NCBI GenBank assembly: GCA_036149055.1
Contig: JAYZQJ010000083.1
Location: 1 to 48,882 of the forward strand
DNA from: Myxococcota bacterium
Lineage (GTDB): Bacteria; Myxococcota_A; Polyangia; Polyangiales; Sandaracinaceae
Reading direction: 5' to 3'
Length of the DNA stretch: 48,882 nucleotides
Shown here: piece after piece, positions 8,211 through 17,569 of the stretch
How positions within the stretch are numbered: position 1 is the stretch's first letter
How the letters are laid out: each line of letters opens with the position of its first letter
Translations under genes and position numbers: made by a program
Notes under the pieces: model-generated
The model's database searches: none
What the model saw: only the letters and a program-made list of their open reading frames with translations
What the model was told of the DNA's origin: nothing

Positions 8211-9215
8211 TCACCGGAGGAGGTCGGGGGTGATGGTGAGGGCGACGGCGGACTGGTTGTAGCCGACGCCGGAGCCGACGAGGACGACCTTGTCTCCGGC
8301 GGAGAGGCGGCCTTCGTCGAGGGCGTCGTGGAGGGCCATGGGGATGCAGGCGGAGCCGGTGTAGCCCCACTTGTGCATGATGAGGTGGGTGCGGTCGGAG
8401 CCCAGGCCGAGGCCCTCGGCGACGCGGAGGATCTGGCTCTTGCGCACCTGGGTGAAGATGGCGAGGTCGACGTCCTCGACCTTCCAGCCCGCGCGGTCGC
8501 ACACGGTGCGGAAGAGCATCGGCCAGCCCTCCTCGTTGATCTCGCGCGGGTACTTCTCGACCATGCGCACCTTCGTGCGGCCCGCGTCGATGGACTCGTG
8601 GCTCGCCGGCTCACGGGTGCCGCCGCTCTGGATGAGCCACTGCTTCGCGTGCGCGCCGTTCGCGCGGAAGGCGCTCGCCTCGAGGCCCGGGCGATCCGAT
8701 GCGCGCACCACCGCGGCGCCCGCGCCGTCGCCGTAGAAGAAGAACATCGGGTCGTCGGGATCGGCGAGGCGGTGCATCAGGTAGGCGCCGATCACGAGCA
8801 CGTTCCGGATGGCCGGGTTGGTCGCGATCAGCCCGTTCGCCGTGGCGAGCGCGGTCGGGAAGCTCGCGCAGGCGCAGCCCACGTCGAAGGTCCCCGCCCG
8901 CTCCGCGCCGAGCAGGTGCTGCACGATCACCGACGTCGAGGGCGTGAGGTGATCGGGCGTGTCGGTGCCGACGAGGATCAGGTCCACGTCGCGCGGCTCG
9001 AGCCCGGCCGCCTCGAGGGCCGCGCGCCCCGCCTTGGCCGCGAGATCGCTCGTCGCCTCGTCGTCGGGCGCGTGGAAGCGCGTGCGGATCCCGCTCGGCG
9101 TCTCGACCTTGTCGACGAAGGCCGGGAAACGCTCCCGGAGGACGTCGTTCGGCACCTCGTGCGGGGGGACGTGAATGCCCGTGGATACGAGCGCTGAGAA
9201 TGTCTGACGGGTCAT
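8211..9215 (-). CDS. 3-oxoacyl-ACP synthase III (FabH-like) family protein with a non-canonical active site
   Basis: SGIRTR, DVGCACASF (catalytic Cys), YGDGAGAAVV, GSGVG; FTQVR replaces HQAN and GYTGSA replaces GNTS. Confidence 0.88.
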   Translation of the reverse strand: MTRQTFSALVSTGIHVPPHEVPNDVLRERFPAFVDKVETPSGIRTRFHAPDDEATSDLAAKAGRAALEAAGLEPRDVDLILVGTDTPDHLTPSTSVIVQHLLGAERAGTFDVGCACASFPTALATANGLIATNPAIRNVLVIGAYLMHRLADPDDPMFFFYGDGAGAAVVRASDRPGLEASAFRANGAHAKQWLIQSGGTREPASHESIDAGRTKVRMVEKYPREINEEGWPMLFRTVCDRAGWKVEDVDLAIFTQVRKSQILRVAEGLGLGSDRTHLIMHKWGYTGSACIPMALHDALDEGRLSAGDKVVLVGSGVGYNQSAVALTITPDLLR

Positions 9216-9219
9216 CGAC

Positions 9220-10536
9220 CTATGGCCTCCGTCCCGTCTGCCCGACGCCGCCGAGCATACCCCGAAGCGTCAGGTACGCACGATGTTCCTCGTTCACGCC
9301 GCAGGTCCAGTCCTCGCAGCCGCTCTGGAACCCGTAGCGCGCGTCGAGCCAGACCCCCTCGATGAAGGAGAAGCTCGCCCCGGCGTTGACGAAGTGGCGC
9401 TGCTGCAGCGTGCCGTTGCCCTGCTGCTCCCGGACCCAGACGTACTGCCCGCCGACGCCGAAGGTGGGAACGATGTTCAGGTCGAGCCCGCCGCCGACCG
9501 TGTACGCCTCGTAGCACTCGTCCGAGAGCCGCCCGAGGTCGGTCGGGTCCACGACGTCGTTCTGCACGCGCGAGGCGTTGACGAAGGGCCGGATGCGGCC
9601 GTCCCAGATCCGCCCCTCCACGCCCGCGCGCAGGTTGTAACCGTCGATGTGCGCGTCGCTCGAGCTGCTCGTGTTGGTGTTGGCGTCGAAGTACTGGAAC
9701 GCCGCCTGCGCGCGCACGTACTCGTGCTCGAAGGTGACCGACGGCGAGAGCAGCACCACGTGGAACGAGCTGGTCGGGAAGCCGCGCGCGTCGCGGCCCA
9801 CGTTCGACCACGGCACCTCGTAGAAGCGGGCGAACGGCGGGAAGGTGCCGCCGATCATCACCGTGCCCGTGGTGCTGGTGGGGTTGCCCGCGTTGACGGT
9901 GAACCCGAGGTGGAAGCCCTCGAAGAGCTCGTAGCGGGCGAGCACGCCGTTGCCGCGGTTGAAGCCGCTGACCAGCAGCGGGAAGCGGGTCAGGTCGTCG
10001 GTCAGCAGCATGTTCGCGACGTACGCGGAGAAGTAGTCGAGGCTCGCCGGGTCGGTGATGCGGCCCACGTCGACCTGCAGCCCCTCCCACTCGAGGCGGA
10101 GCAGCTGGTTGCGCACCTGGATGGCGGCCTGCCCCTCCCAGACGCTCGTCCCGTACGGTCCCGCGTTCAGCTCGAGCTCGCTGACGAGCGTCACGTGGCG
10201 CCCCCAGCGCGCCCGGAGCCCGATCCGGGTGAGCGCGACGGTGGTGAAGCGGTCCTCGCGATCGTCGGGGACGTCGGAGCGGTTCATGATGAACTGCCCG
10301 TAGGCGCCCCCGACGATGGTCGCGTAGGGCTCGACCTGGAGGCGCTCCCCGAGCACCTCGAGGCCCTCCTCCTCCTCGTCTTCGGAGGAAGAGGAGGCCT
10401 CCTCCGCCGCGCCCTCCGGGATGGGAGAAGACGCGGCGGGGGAGACCGCGGTAGGGGCGGGATGGTCCGCCGCCATGGGCTGCGCGGCGGCGCCCACGGG
10501 GATCAAGAGGCACGTCAGCGCGATGGCGGCTCGCAT
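9220..10536 (-). CDS. Putative outer-membrane beta-barrel (porin-like) protein
   Basis: Signal peptide, acidic linker, many amphipathic beta-strands (RIGLRARW, FHLGFTVN, YNLRAGVEG, WLDARYGFQ, RAYLTLRG). Confidence 0.65.
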   Translation of the reverse strand: MRAAIALTCLLIPVGAAAQPMAADHPAPTAVSPAASSPIPEGAAEEASSSSEDEEEEGLEVLGERLQVEPYATIVGGAYGQFIMNRSDVPDDREDRFTTVALTRIGLRARWGRHVTLVSELELNAGPYGTSVWEGQAAIQVRNQLLRLEWEGLQVDVGRITDPASLDYFSAYVANMLLTDDLTRFPLLVSGFNRGNGVLARYELFEGFHLGFTVNAGNPTSTTGTVMIGGTFPPFARFYEVPWSNVGRDARGFPTSSFHVVLLSPSVTFEHEYVRAQAAFQYFDANTNTSSSSDAHIDGYNLRAGVEGRIWDGRIRPFVNASRVQNDVVDPTDLGRLSDECYEAYTVGGGLDLNIVPTFGVGGQYVWVREQQGNGTLQQRHFVNAGASFSFIEGVWLDARYGFQSGCEDWTCGVNEEHRAYLTLRGMLGGVGQTGRRP

Positions 10537-10539
10537 CGT

Positions 10540-11691
10540 TCAGCCCCCGATGCCGAGGGCCTGGCGCACGACCTCGAGCGCCGCCTCGGAGCGCGCCGCG
10601 CCGTAGTGGTTGCGGAACAGTCCGCAGAAGAAGTAGTTGCTCTCGTCGACGTCGTTCAGCCCGATCGTGCGGTTGTCGGCGCCGCGGAGCGCGGAGCTGG
10701 CCTCGGAGACGAACAGGTCCTGCTGCTCGCCGCCCGGCAGGTCCTCCATGACGATCGTCGTGTACTGGACGGTGTTGCCGCCGCACGCGCCCTCGAGGCC
10801 GAAGGCGCTCTCCCCGTCGGCGCACGGCGTCTCGTACTCGCCTTCGGCGCCGTTGAGCGGCCGGAGGAAGTCGGTGGGCGCGAACGCGGCGCGGTTGCCC
10901 ATCTCGCAGGCGACGCGGCCCCGCATCGTCGGGTTGCTGCCGCAGAGCGCGAAGCTCGAGACGCCGTGGTTGGCGCCGGCCAGGTAGATGGCGTGGTCGA
11001 GGCGCGAGAAGACGTCGAACCCGTCGTTGACGGCGAGGCGGCGGAGCGCGTCGCGCGCCACGGTCACCCCGAGCGAGAAGCCCAGGATCACGAAGCGGCG
11101 ATCGGGGTGCGCCTCCATCGCGGAGCGGATGAAGTGCTGGGTGATCGGGACCGCCCAGCCGTGGTCCATGTTCTTGGCGGCGTTCTCGGTCTCGTTGTTC
11201 GTCGCCGGGTCGTCCACCCGGTCGAAGCGGAGGTCGACGGCGTAGGTCCGGACGCCCGCGCTCACGAGCCGCTCGGCGAGCATCGGCGCGTTCTCGGTGG
11301 CGCCGACCCGCGGGTTGCCGCCCTCGTCGGTGCACGGCGTCTCGGGCGCGTAGGCCATCCAGGAGTCGGGCGCGTCGGAGTTGCCGTGCACGAGGAGCAC
11401 GACCGGCGCCCCCGGCGCGTCCGTCCCGCCGAGCTCGGTCGAGAAGTCGCGCGCCGCGCAGCGATAGCCCGGCAGGACGGCGGCCTGGTAGCCGAGGCCT
11501 TCCGTGGTGCAGCCCGGGTGCGCCGCGAGGTCGTCGCGGTAGCTCACCGAGGTCGCGTCGCTCGGGTCGGTGGCCGGCCCGGGCGAGGTCCCTCCGTCGG
11601 TGTCCATCATCATCATCGGGGCGCTCGGAGTGCAGCCGAGGAGCGCCAGGGCGCAGGTCGCCCTCCACGCACGAAGCGTCGTCGTGTTCAT
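10540..11691 (-). CDS. Alpha/beta-hydrolase lipoprotein (lipase class 2-like)
   Basis: Lipobox LLGC; oxyanion motif VLLVHGNSD; nucleophile elbow GFSLG; AGANHG; late His in RNHYG. Confidence 0.8.
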   Translation of the reverse strand: MNTTTLRAWRATCALALLGCTPSAPMMMMDTDGGTSPGPATDPSDATSVSYRDDLAAHPGCTTEGLGYQAAVLPGYRCAARDFSTELGGTDAPGAPVVLLVHGNSDAPDSWMAYAPETPCTDEGGNPRVGATENAPMLAERLVSAGVRTYAVDLRFDRVDDPATNNETENAAKNMDHGWAVPITQHFIRSAMEAHPDRRFVILGFSLGVTVARDALRRLAVNDGFDVFSRLDHAIYLAGANHGVSSFALCGSNPTMRGRVACEMGNRAAFAPTDFLRPLNGAEGEYETPCADGESAFGLEGACGGNTVQYTTIVMEDLPGGEQQDLFVSEASSALRGADNRTIGLNDVDESNYFFCGLFRNHYGAARSEAALEVVRQALGIGG

Positions 11692-11784
11692 CGTCCAATC
11701 CCTTTCTCGAAGGCGGCGCGCCCATCCGTGGGCGCCGCGTCCTCGAGATACGAGACCGCGTCGAGCGCGTCGACGGAGGTCGGG

Positions 11785-13266
11785 TTACCTGCGTTGCGCG
11801 GGTCGGGCCCGGAGCCGGCTCAGGGTGGGCTCCGCGAAGGTCGTGTCCTCGACCACGTAAGACACGCGGCGCCCCTCGCGCTCGACCCGCGCCGCGCCGT
11901 CGTCGACCAGGCGCTTGAGCGCGAGCTGCACGGTGCGCAGCGGGACGCGCACCCGGCCGGCGATCTCGCGGGCGCCGCCGCCTCCCGCGGCGAGCGCGGC
12001 GAGGATCCGCTGCTCCGGCGGTCGCGCGCATCGAGGATCGGGGATGAGCAGCGGCCGGTGAGCGCGCAGCGTGAGGCGGTAGCCGTCGCGATCGATCTCG
12101 GCCGCGCCCTCGAGGAGCGCGCGCGTCCGGTGGAGCAGGGTCCGCATCACCGCGTCGTGCTTGGCGCTCGTGAACGCGAAGCCGTAGACGGCCTCGAAGG
12201 CCGCGTCGAGCTCCATCGGGCCGCCGAGCGCGAGCACCGACGCGAACGTCGAGGCGCGCTGCTCGCGGAGGTCCTCCGGGATCCACGCGCCGCGCACGAG
12301 CCCTCGGCCGGCGTCGAGGACCCGACGGGCGCCGTCGGGCCGGATCCACACGTGCGCGACCGGGCCGTCGTCCTCCGCCGGATCCACCACCCCGTGCGGC
12401 GACAGCGCGCGGGCGCCGCGCTCGAACGGGCCGCGGGCGGGCGCGTCGGGGTCGAGGCCGGCGGCGATCGCGCGGGCCTCCTTCTCGAACGGCGCGAAGC
12501 CGCGAGCCTCGGCGAGCCGCGCCTCGCGGGCGGCGTCGAAGGCGTCCCGGTCCCCGGCGCGCGCCGCGTCGAAGAGCGGCCGCCACTGCGCTTCACGGGC
12601 GAGCGTGGACTCCCCGGCGAGCGCGCGCTCCCGGTCGATCCAGGCGTGCCACGGGGTCGGCGCCACCGCGCGCAGCTGGCCGAGGATGCGGGTGGCGAGG
12701 TGGGGCGCGCCCGCGTGCCGCCGGACCCGCGCGAGCACCAGGTTGGCGAGGTACTCGGACTGGAGCAGCCCTTCCGTCCGGGCCATCCGGCTCGCCCGCC
12801 GGGCGCGGGCCACCGCGTCGTCCAGCTCCCCCGCGTCGAGCGCGGCCAGGGCCGCCCAGGAGGCCGCGTCGACCACCACGCTCGGCGCCTCGGAGCGTCG
12901 GCGCAGCGCGTCGAAGCGCTCCCGGCTCCCGAGCGCGTCGCCCTCCGCGAGGGCCCGCAGCGCGGCGTGCTCCTCCGCGAGGTCGGCGGCCAGGCCCGAG
13001 GCCCCGCCGGGCGCGAAGCCGGCGTGGCCCCGCCAGTCCATCGCGAGCAGCGCCGCGCGGGCCCGGGTCGCGGTCACGATCGCGCGCGCGTCGGGGTCGC
13101 CGTCGTGCATCGTCTCCGGCGCCTCGAGCGCGTGCGGGGCGGCCATCCAGCAGGTCGCCCGCAGCGCCTCGCGCCAGCCGTCGGCGGGGTCGCCGTCCAG
13201 CAGCGCCTCCGCCGGGCGGTAGTCGCCCGCCATGGCGCGGGCCCAGGCTGCGCGGTGATCGGTCAA
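11785..13266 (-). CDS. Putative transcriptional regulator with a helical (TPR-like) N-terminus and two C-terminal winged-HTH-like domains
   Basis: TTG at 13266 overlaps the upstream stop (TTGA; alternative ATG at 13233); FEAVYG...VMRTLLHRTRALL...DGYRL and AREIAGRVRVPLRTVQLALKRLVDDG. Confidence 0.7.
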   Translation of the reverse strand: MTDHRAAWARAMAGDYRPAEALLDGDPADGWREALRATCWMAAPHALEAPETMHDGDPDARAIVTATRARAALLAMDWRGHAGFAPGGASGLAADLAEEHAALRALAEGDALGSRERFDALRRRSEAPSVVVDAASWAALAALDAGELDDAVARARRASRMARTEGLLQSEYLANLVLARVRRHAGAPHLATRILGQLRAVAPTPWHAWIDRERALAGESTLAREAQWRPLFDAARAGDRDAFDAAREARLAEARGFAPFEKEARAIAAGLDPDAPARGPFERGARALSPHGVVDPAEDDGPVAHVWIRPDGARRVLDAGRGLVRGAWIPEDLREQRASTFASVLALGGPMELDAAFEAVYGFAFTSAKHDAVMRTLLHRTRALLEGAAEIDRDGYRLTLRAHRPLLIPDPRCARPPEQRILAALAAGGGGAREIAGRVRVPLRTVQLALKRLVDDGAARVEREGRRVSYVVEDTTFAEPTLSRLRARPAQRR

Positions 13267-14495
13267 GCTCGCCCGAGGATCCGGCGTCGGCGCGCGAGCA
13301 GCAAGGCCGCGATCGGCAACGCGAGCCAGCCGCCACTCACCGGGCCGGAGCTCACGGCGCAGCCGCAGACGTGCACGCTGTCCGGGGAGGTCATCGGCTG
13401 CTCGCCCGGCCCGGGCCCCGGCGTCACGCCCGGCCCGGCGTCGCGGTCGCCCCAGCTCCAGCTCCCCGCGTCCGAAGGGGCGGGGGCCGGCCCGCCGTCG
13501 GGCAGCGTGGCCGGTCCGCCGTCGCCCACCGGCGGCGGGATCGGCGGGGCGCCCGAGAGCCCGAAGAAGGCCGCCATGTGGCGCACCGCGCAGATGTCCT
13601 CGTCGCTCACGTAGGCGGCCACCGCGCCGCACCCGGTGTCGGGGTCCACGAAGGTCGCGTGTCCGGCGCCGGCGATCTCCCAGCTCTCGATCATCACCCG
13701 CCCGCCCTGCGAGAAGGTCTGCCGCGCGTGCCCGTCGACCGTCTCGGTGGCCGTCGGCTCGCGCGGCAGCCCCATCACGCTCGTCCACTGGTCGAGCGCC
13801 TCGCGCTGGTTCGCGGGCACGACGATGCCGTCGCTCGTGCCGTGCCAGATCGACAGGCGCGGCCACGGCCCGGCGTGGGACGAGGCGTCGCGCACGAGCT
13901 GCCCCCACTCGGCCGGGCTCCGGTCCACCCCGGGGCTCTGGCAGGAGAAGGCGCCGGACACGCTGGTCGCGCAGCGGTAGGGGATCCCGGCGATGACGCC
14001 GCCGGCCGCGAAGCGCTCCGGCCAGGTCGCCAACATGACCATCGCCATCGCCGCGCCGGCGGAGTGCCCCATCACGTAGGCGTCGCTGACCGCGAAGTCC
14101 GACTCCATCCGGTCGAGCATCGCGATCAACGAGGCGTTCTCGCCCTCGCCGCGCCGGAGGTTCGCCTCGTCGCCGTACTCGCCCGCCCAGTTGAAGCAGG
14201 ACACGGGGTTGTTGGCCGAGGTCTGCGCCGGATACACGACGTAGAAGCCGAGCTCGTCGGCGAGCGGCTCCCAGCCGGTGTTGCGGAACGTCGAGACGTT
14301 CTGGGTGCAGCCGTGGAGCGCGAACACGACCGGCGCCGGGCCGCTCGGCGCGGGGCTCGGCACGTAGCGGTGCATCTCGAGGCCCCCGGGGTTCGCGCCG
14401 AAGGCGGTCACCCGCTCGAAGGTGCCAGCCCCCGGTTGGGCGTGGGCCAGCGAGGGCACGATCAGCAGGGCGAGGGTGAGAATCGAGCGCGTCAT
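13263..14495 (-). CDS. PHB depolymerase-family esterase (extracellular SCL-PHA depolymerase type 1 catalytic domain/LpqC-like) with a MYXO-CTERM-type anchor
   Basis: FGANPGGLEMHRYVP, LHGCTQ, CFNW, lipase box GHSAG, WPRLSIWHGTSD, GAGH; tail GCAVSSG...LLLARRRR; GGAGG RBS upstream of ATG 14495. Confidence 0.88.
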   Translation of the reverse strand: MTRSILTLALLIVPSLAHAQPGAGTFERVTAFGANPGGLEMHRYVPSPAPSGPAPVVFALHGCTQNVSTFRNTGWEPLADELGFYVVYPAQTSANNPVSCFNWAGEYGDEANLRRGEGENASLIAMLDRMESDFAVSDAYVMGHSAGAAMAMVMLATWPERFAAGGVIAGIPYRCATSVSGAFSCQSPGVDRSPAEWGQLVRDASSHAGPWPRLSIWHGTSDGIVVPANQREALDQWTSVMGLPREPTATETVDGHARQTFSQGGRVMIESWEIAGAGHATFVDPDTGCGAVAAYVSDEDICAVRHMAAFFGLSGAPPIPPPVGDGGPATLPDGGPAPAPSDAGSWSWGDRDAGPGVTPGPGPGEQPMTSPDSVHVCGCAVSSGPVSGGWLALPIAALLLARRRRILGRA

Positions 14496-14577
14496 CGGCG
14501 AACCTCCAGGTGCACGACGACGTGATAGCGCGCCCCACCCGCTCTTTGGCGACGCGCGCAAGCCCCGTCACACGTTC

Positions 14578-15804
14578 TCATTCGCAGGTCGTGCACCCGG
14601 CGCCGCTCGAGGTGCACCCCGGCCCGCTCTCGCAGCCCGGTCGGCACATCACCGTCCCGCACGCGCTGCCGGTGCACTGGACGTCGCAGGCGCAGGCGCT
14701 CCGGCAGTCGACCGCCTCGCAGGTCGAGTCCGCGCAGCCGATCGTGCAGTCGCCCTCGCAGATCACGCCGGCGCAGGACTCCACGCCCTCGCAGCTGATC
14801 TCGCACGTCCCGTCGGGAGGGCAGGTGACGCGCTGGCAGTCGCGCTCCTCGCGGCACGCCACCGTGCATCGGCCGGTGCCGCACTGGACGTCGGGACACC
14901 CGCGGAAGGAGTCGCACTGCACGTCGCAGTGACTCGAGGCGCCGCACTGGACGCCGCCGCGACAGCCGCCGAGGCCCACGCACTCGACGGTGCAAGGCGC
15001 GTCGCCGCAGAACACGCCGCCGCGGCACTCGTCCAGCGAGCAGCGGACGCGGCACGGGACCCCGTCGGGACAGCGGGCGGTGCGCTCGTCGATGATCTCG
15101 CACACCCCGGCGACGCACTCGCCCGGGCACACCGCCGCGCAGTCCGTCACCCCGGCGTCGCGCGCGGCTGCGTCGAGGCCAGGGTCGAGGCCCGCGTCGG
15201 TGGGCGCCGCCTCGCAGCCGACGCGCGGATCGCAGCGCCCTTCGCAGCGGTCGTCGTCCCCCCTCAGCCCGCAGACGCCGGCCAGGCACACGGGCGCCGC
15301 GCAGGCGACCGCGCTCGTGGGGCACTCGGCGTCGTCCGCGCACTCCGGGGGCGGGCAGGCCTCGGGCGTCTCCGGCGTGCACTCCGGCGAGACGCAGGCG
15401 CCGCCCAGGCAGGACGTCGCGGCGGGATCTCCCGCGCCAGGGCAGCGCACCCCCTCGCAGCTGCGGGTCATCACGACCGTGATCGCGCGCGACTCGCGCG
15501 GCTGGACGGCGACGACGCGGCTCGCGACCGGCGCGCCCTCTCGCTCGAGCGCGACCCGCACGAAGAGCACGTCCGGGGGCACCGTGAGCTCCGCGATCCG
15601 GGTGGGCGCCGCCAGCGAGGCCCGCCCCGAGACGTCCTCTCGCGCCGAGGCGAGCGGCTCCGCGAAGTCGCCGCTGCGGGCCACCTGCACGACGGCGTGA
15701 CTCACCTCGAGCCCGGGCGCGTAGTCCGATCGCAGGCTCACGAGGAGCAGCGGCTCCGGGTCGCACCCGGCGATCAGGAGCAGGAACATCCAGGCGCCGC
15801 GCAC
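14578..15804 (-). CDS. Cys-rich lipoprotein
   Basis: Lipobox IAGC; dozens of Cys residues, with repeated C-x-V-x-C-x4-C units in the C-terminal half. Confidence 0.8.
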   Translation of the reverse strand: MRGAWMFLLLIAGCDPEPLLLVSLRSDYAPGLEVSHAVVQVARSGDFAEPLASAREDVSGRASLAAPTRIAELTVPPDVLFVRVALEREGAPVASRVVAVQPRESRAITVVMTRSCEGVRCPGAGDPAATSCLGGACVSPECTPETPEACPPPECADDAECPTSAVACAAPVCLAGVCGLRGDDDRCEGRCDPRVGCEAAPTDAGLDPGLDAAARDAGVTDCAAVCPGECVAGVCEIIDERTARCPDGVPCRVRCSLDECRGGVFCGDAPCTVECVGLGGCRGGVQCGASSHCDVQCDSFRGCPDVQCGTGRCTVACREERDCQRVTCPPDGTCEISCEGVESCAGVICEGDCTIGCADSTCEAVDCRSACACDVQCTGSACGTVMCRPGCESGPGCTSSGAGCTTCE

Positions 15805-15832
15805 GGCGCGACGGTACCGCGTTCGGCGTCAG

Positions 15833-16777
15833 CTAGCGATCACTCGCGCGCGCGTCGGCCTGGCGCCCCTCCTCGAGGATGCGCTCGGGCACGCCCTTGA
15901 GGTTCCAGACGATGCCGAGCTTCTCGAGGCCGCGCAGGGTGAGGTAGGTGAGGTCGATCTCGCCCGGGTAGAAGCCCATGCGCGCGCTGTTCATGTAGCG
16001 GTGGTGGTTGTTGTGCCAGCCCTCGCCCATCGTGAGCAGCGCGATGACCAGGTTGTTGCGGCTCTGGTCCTTGGTCTCGAAGCGGCGCTTGCCCCACACG
16101 TGGGCGAGCGAGTTGACGAGGAAGGTCGAGTGCCAGACGAGCACGCCGCTGGCCGCGAAGCCGATGAAGAAGCCCGGCCAGCCCCACACGAGCCAGACGA
16201 GGACGCTCGTCAGCACCGGCACGACGAGCCAGTACTTGTCGAGCCAGAGCAGCTCCGGGTACTTCGCGAGGTCCTTGACCCGCTTCATGTCGGTCTCGGC
16301 GTTGCCCGCGAAGAGCCAGCCGAAGTGGCTGTGCCAGAAGCCGTCGACCACCGGGGAGTGGAGGTCGTTCTCGGTGTCCGAGTGGAGGTGATGGGCCCGG
16401 TGATGAGCCGCCCACCACAGCGGGCCGCGCTGGATGGTCATGGTCGCGAGCAGCGCGAGCACGAACTGGAACCAGCGGCTGGTCTCGAAGGCGCGGTGCG
16501 CGAAGTAGCGGTGGTAGCCGCCGGTCACACCGAACATGCGCACGAAGTAGAGGACCACGCCGACCGCGATCGCCTCCCAGGTCACCCCCGACCAGATCGC
16601 CCCGAACATGACGAGGTGGGAGAGGAAGAAGGGGATCCACCCGAGCCGCTCGTAGCGGTGGCGGCGCCGCGGGGGCGCCTTCGACGCGGCGGTCTTCGAG
16701 GGCGGTACGGAGAGGGCGGAGGGTGCAGCCTGTTCCACTCTCTGGACGGTAGGCACACCCCCGAAGACGCGGACCAC
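15833..16777 (-). CDS. Membrane fatty-acid desaturase (delta-9 acyl-CoA/acyl-lipid type); start may be GTG 16738
   Basis: His boxes HRYFAH, HRAHH and HNNHH; NSLAH; GEGWHNNHH. Confidence 0.92.
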   Translation of the reverse strand: MVRVFGGVPTVQRVEQAAPSALSVPPSKTAASKAPPRRRHRYERLGWIPFFLSHLVMFGAIWSGVTWEAIAVGVVLYFVRMFGVTGGYHRYFAHRAFETSRWFQFVLALLATMTIQRGPLWWAAHHRAHHLHSDTENDLHSPVVDGFWHSHFGWLFAGNAETDMKRVKDLAKYPELLWLDKYWLVVPVLTSVLVWLVWGWPGFFIGFAASGVLVWHSTFLVNSLAHVWGKRRFETKDQSRNNLVIALLTMGEGWHNNHHRYMNSARMGFYPGEIDLTYLTLRGLEKLGIVWNLKGVPERILEEGRQADARASDR

Positions 16778-16816
16778 CAGCCTGTCATCGTTTCGTAATT
16801 CTTTTGTCTTCGCCCG

Positions 16817-17020
16817 CTATTCCTCGAGCGTGAAGCCCACCGCGACGCGCACCTGCCAGTGCTGGATGCGCCCGTCGCGGATGTCGCCGCGCGTCTCCTC
16901 GACCGTGAACCAGCGCATGTGCCGGAGGCTCTCCTTCGCGCGCAGCAGCGCGTTCTGGACCGCGTCCTCGATGCCCTTCTCCGACGTGCCGACCAGCTGA
17001 ACCATCTTGTATGCGTGCAT
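16817..17020 (-). CDS. Dodecin family flavin-binding protein
   Basis: 67 aa; [30 protein letters not shown]...WQV...VGF. Confidence 0.92.
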   Translation of the reverse strand: MHAYKMVQLVGTSEKGIEDAVQNALLRAKESLRHMRWFTVEETRGDIRDGRIQHWQVRVAVGFTLEE

Positions 17021-17106
17021 GACGACCCCCCGATCCGTGTACGCCCCGGCCTCCTCCGGGCAACGCGGGGGTTGGGAGCGCCGCGCGGGCGCCTACCCAT
17101 CCTCGG

Positions 17107-17541
17107 GTGCCCTCACCGCTGCGCCTCGTGCTCGTGGACGACGACGAGCTCCTCCTTCACGTGACCACCCGGGCGCTGTCCCGCGAGGGCATGGTGGTCG
17201 CGGGCTTCTGCAACCCGCTGACCGCGCGGTCCGCCATCCTCCGGGAGCCGCCGGACCTCGTGCTGACCGACTTCGAGATGCCCGGGCTCGACGGGGTGGC
17301 GCTGGCGCGGGACGCGCGGGCGTCGCTGGGCGATGGCTGCCCGCCCTTCGTGCTCTGGACCGGATCGAGAGAGCGCCTCCCGCGGGAGGCGCCGGCCCTG
17401 CTCGACGCGGTGATCGACAAGCCCTGCCGCCCCGGGCGCCTCGTCACCGTGCTGCGCGCGCTCGGGAGCCCGCGCGCCGTGACGCAGAGCGGGGTCCGCG
17501 GGCCGCTCGTCCGGGCGAAGGCCGGCGAGGTCGCGCGCTGA
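17107..17541 (+). CDS. Single-domain response regulator (receiver)
   Basis: LVDDD, PDLVLTDFEMPGLDG, WTG, DKP. Confidence 0.85.
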   Translation: MPSPLRLVLVDDDELLLHVTTRALSREGMVVAGFCNPLTARSAILREPPDLVLTDFEMPGLDGVALARDARASLGDGCPPFVLWTGSRERLPREAPALLDAVIDKPCRPGRLVTVLRALGSPRAVTQSGVRGPLVRAKAGEVAR

Positions 17542-17569
17542 CCGGCGCGGCTGCCGTATCCTCGGGCGC

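Noticed and set aside
11785..14571. 928-aa ORF
   Set aside because: The 5' half is an alternative frame over the esterase gene; only 11785-13266 looks coding
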